NCBI RefSeq assembly: GCF_000015225.1
Contig: NC_008698.1
Span: 1,350,001 to 1,382,000 of the forward strand
Origin: Thermofilum pendens Hrk 5
GTDB taxonomy: Archaea > Thermoproteota > Thermoprotei > Thermofilales > Thermofilaceae
Length of the DNA stretch: 32,000 nucleotides
Direction of reading: 5' to 3'
Translations under genes and position numbers: made by a program
Notes under the pieces: generated by a model
Databases searched by the model: none
What the model saw: only the letters and a program-made list of their open reading frames with translations
Told to the model about the DNA's origin: nothing
Part shown: piece by piece, positions 15,482 through 22,525 of the stretch
Position numbering within the stretch: position 1 is the first letter of the stretch
How the letters are laid out: each line of letters begins with the position of its first letter

Positions 15482-15985
15482 ATGGCTGGACCTATATTCA
15501 TTCTCAGGGACTACCTGCGGTGCTCGGGTTGCCGCCTCTGCGAAGTGGCGTGTAGCCTCAAGCACGAGGGGACTGTTTGGCCGGAGGCCAGCAGGATAAG
15601 GGTCTTCGAGTTCTTCCCGGGGGTCGACGTGCCTCACCTCTGCGCCCAGTGCAGGGACTACCCGTGCGTGAAGGCGTGCAGGTACTCGGCGCTCAGGGTC
15701 GACGAGTCGACGGGCGCCGTCCTCGTCGACGGGGAGAAGTGCACGGGTTGCGGGGACTGCGTCAGGGCTTGCCCGGGGAAGGTGATGAGGCTCCACCCGG
15801 AGACGAGGAAGGCTATCGTCTGCGACTTGTGCGGCGGCGAGCCGGAGTGCGTGAAGGCATGCCACGAGGCGGGCTTCGACGCGCTCAGGGTTGTACCCTA
15901 CACGAGCGTGGGCTTCAAGGTGTACTCCACTATGCCCGACCAGGTGGCGCAGAGGTTGTTTGAAACGCTCTTCGGGGGTGAGTAG
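15482..15985 (+). CDS. 4x[4Fe-4S] ferredoxin-domain protein (electron-transfer partner of the AOR-family enzyme)
   Basis: Four cluster motifs: CSGCRLCEVAC, CAQCRDYPCVKAC, CTGCGDCVRACP, CDLCGGEPECVKAC. Its stop lies 2 nt before the AOR GTG start. Confidence 0.85.
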   Translation: MAGPIFILRDYLRCSGCRLCEVACSLKHEGTVWPEASRIRVFEFFPGVDVPHLCAQCRDYPCVKACRYSALRVDESTGAVLVDGEKCTGCGDCVRACPGKVMRLHPETRKAIVCDLCGGEPECVKACHEAGFDALRVVPYTSVGFKVYSTMPDQVAQRLFETLFGGE

Positions 15986-15987
15986 GC

Positions 15988-17865
15988 GTGGCTCTCTACG
16001 GCTACGCGGGGAGGCTCCTCGAGGTGGACCTCTCGCGGGGGAAGCACAGGGTCGTAGAGCTGGAGGAGGACGTAGCGTTCAACTTCATAGGCGGTAGGGG
16101 GCTCGCGGCCTACCTCCTCTGGAGGGAGCTGGGGGACAGGTGGGAGGAGGTAGACCCCCTGGGCCCCGAAAACATGTTGCTAGTCCTAACGGGGCCCCTC
16201 ACGGGCTACTACCCGGGCGTTAAGCTCTGCATCTCGGGTAAGTCCCCCCAGTCCAACGGCGTTGTGGGCTCCGTCGTCTCCAGCGAGGTCGCGGTAGAGC
16301 TCAGGGCGGCCGGCTACGACGGGATCGTCGTGAAGGGTGCGTCCAAGGACCCCGTCTACCTCTACGTGGAGGGGGAAAACGTCGAGATAAGGTCCGCGGA
16401 GCACCTCTGGGGGCTCGGGGGGACGGAGACCTACAGGAGGCTCTCCCGGGAGCTCTGGGGAGACCTCAAGCGGAGGTTGCTGGCGCGCGAGGGGCTCACC
16501 AAGGAGCCGTCGTTCATCTACATAGGGCCCGCCGGGGAGAACAGGGTGAGGACTGCCGCCGTGATGGCGAAGCTGTCGCACGCCGCCGGCTACGGGGGCT
16601 ACGGGGCTGTCATGGGGTCTAAGATGCTGAAAGCCATAGCGGTGAAGGGCTTCGGCCCAATGCCGCGCGCGAAGCACCCGGACTGGGTCAAGCTCCTCAT
16701 ACGCGAGGCTTGGAGCGCCCTCAACAGGAACGTGCTCTGGAAGCACTGGGGCACGAGTAGCGGGGGCTACGAGGTGGCGTCGCTGACTAGCAGCGAGCCC
16801 GTGAGGAACTGGCAGGAGGAGTGGCACGACTCCAGGAGCATGGGCGTGCAGAACTACGAGGCCCACTGGGTCAAGAGGTACTGGGGCGACTACGGCTGCC
16901 CGCAGACCTGCATGAAGATCTCGCGCCTCAGAAGCGGGAAGTTCTCCGGGGCAACCACGGACGGGCCGGACTACGAGCTACAAGCATACCTGGGCCCCAA
17001 CCTAGGCGTGTTCGAGCCAAGGGCCAACGTATACCTCTCGAGCCTAGCCGACGAGCTCGGGCTCTGCGGCATACAGACCGGGAACGTGCTGGGCTTCGCC
17101 GCCGAGCTGTACGAGAAGGGGGTGCTGACACGGGAGGACCTGGGCTTCGAGCTCAAGTGGGGCGACGCCGAAGCCTTCGCCAGGCTCATGTCCATGATAG
17201 CGCGGAGGGAGGGGATAGGCGACTGCCTGGCGGAGGGCACCGCGAGGGCAGCCCTAAAGCTCGGGAAGCTGAAGGGCGTCGACCTCTCGAAGTACGCCGT
17301 ACACGTGAAGGGAGTGGGCGTCGGCGCGCACGGCGCCCGCAGCGGGAAGGACTTCCCGCAAGCCTTCACGTACGCCGTGGGTGTCCAGGGAGGAGACCAC
17401 ACCAGCCCGCCAAGGCTACCGGTCGACAGGCAGTGGGGAGAGTTCACATCGGCGTTCGAGGACTCGGCGGTCATTTGCTCCTTCAACGTCCACGGAGACC
17501 TCCCCTTCCAGTTCCTGAGGGCTATCACGGGCTGGGACATAACGCGGGAAACCTGGATGAGGGTACACGGCAGGAGAATCATAACGCTCCAGAGGGTGCT
17601 CCTACTCCTCGGCGGCCCCGACCTCTACTGGGACCCGAGGCGCGACGACGACAACCCGCCGAGATTCTACGAGCCGCTGCCCAGCGGCCCGTTCAAGGGG
17701 AGGAGCGTGAGCAGGGAGGAGGTGGAGTCCCAGAAGAGGGAGTACTTCGGCTACCTGGGCTGGGACAGCCTCGGGATACCGACCGAGGAGACACTCAGAG
17801 AGCTCGGGCTGGACTACCTCAAGCCTGCCGTCGAGAGGATCAGGAAGAGGCTGGGCGCCGGCTAA
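15988..17865 (+). CDS. aor: Aldehyde:ferredoxin oxidoreductase (AOR) family tungstopterin enzyme
   Basis: The N-terminal YAGRLLEVDLSRGK...GGRGLAAYLLW is the typical AOR N-domain start. 625 aa length fits the family. Other AOR-like segments: GPAGENRVRTAAV, GYGAVMGSKMLKAIAV and DCLAEG. Confidence 0.9.
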   Translation: MALYGYAGRLLEVDLSRGKHRVVELEEDVAFNFIGGRGLAAYLLWRELGDRWEEVDPLGPENMLLVLTGPLTGYYPGVKLCISGKSPQSNGVVGSVVSSEVAVELRAAGYDGIVVKGASKDPVYLYVEGENVEIRSAEHLWGLGGTETYRRLSRELWGDLKRRLLAREGLTKEPSFIYIGPAGENRVRTAAVMAKLSHAAGYGGYGAVMGSKMLKAIAVKGFGPMPRAKHPDWVKLLIREAWSALNRNVLWKHWGTSSGGYEVASLTSSEPVRNWQEEWHDSRSMGVQNYEAHWVKRYWGDYGCPQTCMKISRLRSGKFSGATTDGPDYELQAYLGPNLGVFEPRANVYLSSLADELGLCGIQTGNVLGFAAELYEKGVLTREDLGFELKWGDAEAFARLMSMIARREGIGDCLAEGTARAALKLGKLKGVDLSKYAVHVKGVGVGAHGARSGKDFPQAFTYAVGVQGGDHTSPPRLPVDRQWGEFTSAFEDSAVICSFNVHGDLPFQFLRAITGWDITRETWMRVHGRRIITLQRVLLLLGGPDLYWDPRRDDDNPPRFYEPLPSGPFKGRSVSREEVESQKREYFGYLGWDSLGIPTEETLRELGLDYLKPAVERIRKRLGAG

Positions 17866-17945
17866 CGCGCGGAGGCGAGGATCGAGGGGGGCGCGGATAG
17901 GCTCAAAGAGCTAGGGCTAACGTAGCTATTTGCTTTTTCCCGTAA

Positions 17946-17969
17946 GCGAGCGAGCTTTAAATCGCTCGC
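17946..17969 (+). promoter_or_regulatory. Perfect 8-bp-arm inverted repeat GCGAGCGA-N8-TCGCTCGC whose spacer and right arm contain a TATA-like box (ctttaaat, 17955-17962)
   Basis: Read directly from the sequence. Lies 27-50 nt upstream of the RHH-PaREP1 gene start (TTG 17996 or GTG 18008). Confidence 0.4.
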
Positions 17970-17995
17970 CTCTACTTACATAGCGGTGCGCCCAG

Positions 17996-18487
17996 TTGCT
18001 GGTCGCCGTGTCGTTGCCCAGAGTGCTCGTCGAGCGCGCTAGGAGGGAGGCCGAGAGACTGGGGGTTAGCCTGGAGGAGTATTTCTTAGAAGTTATAAGC
18101 GGGAACCTAGACCCCAGGGACAAGGCTGAGGCGTTCATCGAGGCGTCTAAAGAGCTCCTCGAGGGGGCAAGGAAGGAGCTCGGAAAGGGGGATGTAAGGC
18201 AGGCCGCCGAGAAGGTTTGGGTAGCGGTGGCTTTAGCCGTGAAAGCTTACGCTTACGCGAAGGAGGGGAAAAGGCTTGCTAGCCACGGGGACCTGTGGAG
18301 GTACAAGGAGGTTTTGGTGAGCGATCTAGGCGAGTGGGTTAGGGACTCCTGGGCCTACGCTAGCAGCATGCACACATGCTTCTACGAGGGCTGGTGCACG
18401 GAGAAAGACGTAGAGGTAGGCATAAGCCGCGCGGAGAGGCTAGTCGGGGAGCTGGAGGGCAGGGTGAAGGAGAAGCTGCAGGCCTGA
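17996..18487 (+). CDS. PaREP1-family protein with an N-terminal ribbon-helix-helix-like segment
   Basis: The core ...GDVRQAAEKVWVAVALAVKAYA...HGDLWRYKEVL...LGEWVRDSWAYASSMHTCFYEGW matches my recollection of the archaeal PaREP1/PaREP8 family consensus. The N-terminal VSLPRVLVERARREAERLGVSLEEYFLEVI looks like a CopG/RHH strand-helix-helix. Confidence 0.7.
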   Translation: MLVAVSLPRVLVERARREAERLGVSLEEYFLEVISGNLDPRDKAEAFIEASKELLEGARKELGKGDVRQAAEKVWVAVALAVKAYAYAKEGKRLASHGDLWRYKEVLVSDLGEWVRDSWAYASSMHTCFYEGWCTEKDVEVGISRAERLVGELEGRVKEKLQA

Positions 18488-18509
18488 CGCCTCGGGCATG
18501 CCTCCTACT

Positions 18510-18869
18510 CTACTGGCACGGGGCTTCCTGAATGCCTAAGCCGTTGTACAGCATCCTGCAGGGTGTCAGCATTCTGGTCACTAGGGGGTCTCCCAGCTCC
18601 TCCTTTTGAAGGACGACAACGTCTACGGGTAGCCCGCGGGGCCGCATCTTTACGAGGGTCTCGGTCAGTCCGAGGACGTCGACCTCCTCCTCTACGACGA
18701 CCGCTAGGTCGTAGTCGCTACTCAACATCTCGTCGCCCCTCGCCCTGCTACCAAAGAGTATCAGCGTGACTCTGCCGCCGAAGAAGCCCACAATTCTCTC
18801 AACGTAGGACTCGAAGAACCTGCGCCTCTCCCTAACCCCCTCCCAGGCGAGCCTCACAAAGTCGCTCAT
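18510..18869 (-). CDS. Minimal nucleotidyltransferase (MNT) domain protein
   Basis: LILFGSRARGDEMLSSDYDLAVVV carries the GS-x9-10-DxD signature. Its ATG overlaps the stop of the upstream 214-aa gene by 4 nt. Confidence 0.85.
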   Translation of the reverse strand: MSDFVRLAWEGVRERRRFFESYVERIVGFFGGRVTLILFGSRARGDEMLSSDYDLAVVVEEEVDVLGLTETLVKMRPRGLPVDVVVLQKEELGDPLVTRMLTPCRMLYNGLGIQEAPCQ

Positions 18870-19510
18870 ACCCTCACAATCCTCCTGACCGGCGACTGTG
18901 GCTCCACGTGGTATGCTTTGCCCTTCTCGAACACTACTATTGAGTCACAGACGCTCGGCCTCAAGTCTACAAGCTCCTCCGGCCTCGCGGTTACGACGTT
19001 GCCAGCGTGTGTAAACCTGGCGGCAAGCTCGGGCTCGAGCTCCTCGACGAGTACAGCCACAGGCGCAAGAGCGCTTACAACTTCTCTGAGGCTCCCGCGG
19101 ACTACGATAAGTCTCTCCGCTGTCTGGAGGGGGAATATAGCGTGGATGTAGCGCCTGAGCGCCTCGTGGTACTCCACGGTGATCGAAGTCTCTTCGCCCT
19201 CATCCCCTTCGAGTGCGCATTGCCTCGCCACTGAGTAGAAGAAACCCCTGATAGCCCTCCTAAGCCCTCCGAATACACTTACGTGTTCATCCTCGAGACT
19301 ACTCCACCCGTGGAGCTTGTCCCACCACTCGTTCAGCACGTGGATCCTCGCGCGCTTCTCGCAACCCACCTTGAAGAGCATCATCGTGTACGTCCACCTA
19401 CGGTATGGGTTCGAGACGGCAATCCGCACGTACCTGCGGGGACCGCTTACAGCCCTGAACTCCGCGCGTGCATAGATCCTCGCGAGCTCCCTTTCAACCT
19501 CCATCGCCAT
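18866..19510 (-). CDS. Hypothetical protein (214 aa), no family recognised; translationally coupled to the downstream MNT
   Basis: Long ORF with balanced composition. 4-nt overlap with the MNT gene. An A/T-rich box (minus strand cgtttttga, about 19532-19540) lies 22-30 nt upstream of the ATG. Confidence 0.6.
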   Translation of the reverse strand: MAMEVERELARIYARAEFRAVSGPRRYVRIAVSNPYRRWTYTMMLFKVGCEKRARIHVLNEWWDKLHGWSSLEDEHVSVFGGLRRAIRGFFYSVARQCALEGDEGEETSITVEYHEALRRYIHAIFPLQTAERLIVVRGSLREVVSALAPVAVLVEELEPELAARFTHAGNVVTARPEELVDLRPSVCDSIVVFEKGKAYHVEPQSPVRRIVRV

Positions 19511-19796
19511 CGACCTACGCGACTTCGAGTCAAAAACGTTTCGCGCTACTCCCGGCTCGCTACAGCTCTCCTTTCTTCTTCCTGGCTCGCGCGCGAACGG
19601 CAGTAATACTACTGTTCACCATACTGAGCGCCTTAATAATGGCAGGCTTCTACGCCGGTCACTGAGAACCCTCAAACATCTCTTTTTTATAGTTAGGTCA
19701 TCTGACTCACACTCTACACTCATAGTGCTGGTCTTCGCGAAGTAGATTATTTACTCTCGAGCATCTTTGCTGAAAGCTTTGACGTGAGGTATATAT

Positions 19797-21017
19797 GTGC
19801 GCGCGACGCGGCTAGCCGTGTCGCCGCTTAGGCTACCGAGGAGGCGTCGCGGGGCGGACTTCCTGGAGATGGACCCCTCCTTCGAGTTCCTCGAGAAAGC
19901 CGGGAAAGGCGCCGTGAGCTTCGGGATAGGCCAGCCGGACTTCTCCCCGCCCGGCGAGGTTCTCGAAGCCCTTAGGACGGTTGGGGCGGAGGCTTTGAAG
20001 TATACCCCGCCCCTGGGGCTCCCGGAGCTCCGCGAGGCGCTGGCGGGGTACCTCTCGGAGAAGTATGGGGTGGATGTTAAGCCCAGCGAGGTCGCGGTGA
20101 CTCCCGGCGCGACCGCCGCGGTCTTCGCCTCGCTCGTCCTGCTCGTGCGCGGGAGGGCTAGGGTCGTCGTGCAGGACCCGGGCTTCCCCATGTACGACGA
20201 CGTGGCGAGGTTTGCCGGTGGTAGGGTCGTCTACGCGTACTCGGGGATCGAGGAGTCCTTCGAGTGGTCTGCCGAGAGCATAGCCGGGAGGCTCGGCGAG
20301 GGAGGAGTTGCGGTGCTGAACTTCCCCAACAACCCGACGGGCTCCCTGGCCCCCCGCGGGCTACTGGAAGAGCTGGGAGGACTCGCCGCCAGGAAGGGCT
20401 TCTACGTTGTGAGCGACGAGGTTTACGAGGACTTCGTCTACGAGGGTAGCCACGAGTCCGTCCTGCAGGTACCCGAGCTCCGCGAGAGGTCCGTCTACGT
20501 CGGGAGCTTCTCGAAGACCTGGGGGCTCGCTGGGCTCAGGCTTGGGTACGTCGTGGCCCCGCGCCGGCTAGTCGAGAGGCTGGAGGCAGTCGCCGTGAAT
20601 GTCTACGGCTCGCCGCCCTCTCCGGCCCAGCTCGCCGCCCTCAGGGCCCTCGACCACGGTCTCGGCTGGTTCTCAGGGGTTCTCTCGGAGTACAGGCGGA
20701 GGAGGGACGCGCTTCTCGAGGAGCTCTCCAAGGTGGAGGGGGTGGAGCTCTACAGACCTCGCGGCGCGTTCTACGTGTACCCCAGGGTGAGGGGGCTCTT
20801 GAAGAGGCTGGGCGTGGGCTCCTCCAGGGAGCTTGCGGAGTCGCTACTCCAGGCCGGCGTGGTGGTCCTCCCGGGTGACGCTTACTCCGGGAGGGCGGGG
20901 CGGGAGCACGTGAGGCTTTCCTACGCGTTGCCTGTGGAGTCCATACGGGAGGGGGTTAGGCGCATAAGGGCCTTCGTCGAGGAGGCTGCCTGCGCGCGGA
21001 GAAAACGCGGCGCATAA
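19797..21017 (+). CDS. Class I/II pyridoxal-phosphate-dependent aminotransferase (aspartate aminotransferase-like)
   Basis: GIGQPDFSPP, NFPNNPTGS and the PLP-lysine motif SFSKTWGLAGLRLGY. Both GTG 19797 and GTG 19818 are in frame. The TATA-like gtatatat at 19788-19795 and the canonical distance to the PDF motif favour 19818. Confidence 0.9.
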   Translation: MRATRLAVSPLRLPRRRRGADFLEMDPSFEFLEKAGKGAVSFGIGQPDFSPPGEVLEALRTVGAEALKYTPPLGLPELREALAGYLSEKYGVDVKPSEVAVTPGATAAVFASLVLLVRGRARVVVQDPGFPMYDDVARFAGGRVVYAYSGIEESFEWSAESIAGRLGEGGVAVLNFPNNPTGSLAPRGLLEELGGLAARKGFYVVSDEVYEDFVYEGSHESVLQVPELRERSVYVGSFSKTWGLAGLRLGYVVAPRRLVERLEAVAVNVYGSPPSPAQLAALRALDHGLGWFSGVLSEYRRRRDALLEELSKVEGVELYRPRGAFYVYPRVRGLLKRLGVGSSRELAESLLQAGVVVLPGDAYSGRAGREHVRLSYALPVESIREGVRRIRAFVEEAACARRKRGA

Positions 21018-21050
21018 ACTATATGTCCAGGCGCGCAGTGAAGGTTGTTG

Positions 21051-21746
21051 ATGAGGCTCCTCGGGGTTTTGCTCGTCGCCGCGGTGCTCCTAGCCCCGCT
21101 GGCGTGGGGCCAGCCTACGCTGAGGATAGTCGCGTACGACGGCACGAGCCTTGCTGGGGCGCTGGTCAGGGTGTCGACGCTCGACGGCAGGGTGTACGAG
21201 TTCACGCTTAACCCGGCCGCGCCCTTCACCGTCAAGGACGTCGTTAAGGGAGTCCTGCGGGTGGAGGTGGTCTCCTGGAAGGGGGTGCCCGTCAACTACG
21301 AGAAGACCGTGACCGTATACGAGAACTCAACGCTCGTCGTCCCGAGCATAGGCAGGCTGACGGTCGCCGTTAAGGGTGCGAGGGGGCAGGCGCTCCCCGG
21401 CGCCCTCGTAACCATCTCGCGGGGAGGCGTTACCGTCGAGGAGGGGTCCGCGGGCTCCTCGGGTATCTACAGCACCCTTCTACCGGCCGGTACCTACGAG
21501 GTAGCCGTTGCGTACGGGGGGCGCTCGGCGCGCGTAGAGGCTGTCGTGGAGCCCTCTAGGGAGAGCAGGGTCGAAGCCGCGCTCGACGTCGTAGCCGAGG
21601 TTGGGGGCTGGGCTCTCAGCGCCTCCGAGCTCCTGGGGGTCTCGCTGCTGGCGGTTCTAGCTGTCTTCGCGGTGTACGTGGCCCTCTACGAGTACGCTTC
21701 CTGGAGGAAGAGGAGGGCCGCGAGGGTCGTCGCTCCGGGAGGCTAG
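21051..21746 (+). CDS. Secreted, C-terminally anchored protein with two carboxypeptidase-regulatory-like (CarboxypepD_reg / prealbumin-like) beta-sandwich domains
   Basis: Signal peptide MRLLGVLLVAAVLLAPLAWGQP. GALVRVSTLDGRVYEFT and GALVTISRGGVTVEEGSAGSSGIYSTLLPAGTYEVAVAYGG resemble CarboxypepD_reg repeats. C-terminal TM plus basic tail (LLGVSLLAVLAVFAVYVALYEYASWRKRR). A TATA-like aaactatat (21016-21024) lies 27 nt upstream of the ATG at 21051. Confidence 0.65.
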   Translation: MRLLGVLLVAAVLLAPLAWGQPTLRIVAYDGTSLAGALVRVSTLDGRVYEFTLNPAAPFTVKDVVKGVLRVEVVSWKGVPVNYEKTVTVYENSTLVVPSIGRLTVAVKGARGQALPGALVTISRGGVTVEEGSAGSSGIYSTLLPAGTYEVAVAYGGRSARVEAVVEPSRESRVEAALDVVAEVGGWALSASELLGVSLLAVLAVFAVYVALYEYASWRKRRAARVVAPGG

Positions 21747-21784
21747 CGCTACCTTTAAGTTCTTCTCCGGGTTTACCGCGGAGT

Positions 21785-22525
21785 ATGCTGGAAGGCCTCC
21801 TGGTGGTGAAGGGGCTGGAGAAGAGGTACGGCGGGAAGGCTGCCGTGGAGGGCTTGAGCTTCGCGGTGCGCCCGGGAGAGATCTACGCGTTGCTGGGCCC
21901 CAACGGCGCCGGCAAGACTACGACCCTGAAGTGCGTGGTGGGCCTCTTGAGGCCGGACGCTGGGGACGTCGTGGTGTGCGGCCACAGCGTGCTGAGGGAG
22001 AGGAGGGAGGTTCTCAGGTGTACCGGCTACGTTCCGGAGAACCCCGTGGGCTTCGACTACCTCAGGGTCTCCGAGTTCCTCGACTTCGTCGGGGCTTTGA
22101 GGAGGATACCCAGGGACGTGCTCTCGGAGCGCGCCGAGAGGTACATCTCGATGTTCGGGCTCGAGCAGTACAGGGACGCGTTCATGGGGGAGCTCTCTAG
22201 GGGGACTGTCCAGAAGGTCCTGGTCGTAGCCTCGCTCCTCCACGAGCCGCGCGTACTCGTGATGGACGAGCCGATGTCCGGGATGGACCCGGAGTCCCAG
22301 AAGACCCTGAAGGACGAGCTCAGGCGGCTCGCTGGGAGGGGGGCGGCCGTCCTCCTCTCGAGCCACATGCTCGACGTCGTGGAGAGGTTTGCGTCGAGGG
22401 TTGGGATAATCTCGGGCGGCAGGTTGATCGCGGAGGGGTCGCTGGAGGACGTGAAGAGGGCGGCGGAGCTGGGGGAGGACGCGACCCTGGAGGACGTTTT
22501 TATGAGGCTCGTGAAGGGTGTGTAG
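21785..22525 (+). CDS. ABC transporter ATP-binding protein (ABC-2/CcmA-type)
   Basis: Walker A GPNGAGKTT, signature-like LSRGTVQKV, Walker B VLVMDEPMSGMD, H-loop LSSHML. A TATA-like ctttaagtt (21753-21761) lies 24 nt upstream of the ATG. Confidence 0.9.
   Translation: MLEGLLVVKGLEKRYGGKAAVEGLSFAVRPGEIYALLGPNGAGKTTTLKCVVGLLRPDAGDVVVCGHSVLRERREVLRCTGYVPENPVGFDYLRVSEFLDFVGALRRIPRDVLSERAERYISMFGLEQYRDAFMGELSRGTVQKVLVVASLLHEPRVLVMDEPMSGMDPESQKTLKDELRRLAGRGAAVLLSSHMLDVVERFASRVGIISGGRLIAEGSLEDVKRAAELGEDATLEDVFMRLVKGV

Noticed and set aside
16821-17900. 359-aa plus-strand alternative-frame ORF inside the AOR gene (also 16186-16866 and 16971-17582 on the minus strand)
   Set aside because: Extremely Arg/Gly/Pro-rich out-of-frame translation. 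The AOR frame carries clear family motifs along its whole length. This is stop-codon depletion in GC-rich DNA.
19600-19680. Possible C/D-box sRNA (two CTGA motifs spaced about 40 nt apart)
   Set aside because: There is no acceptable C or C' box (RUGAUGA); only gtaatac and taataat are present. The second guide spacing would be about 21 nt rather than about 12 nt.
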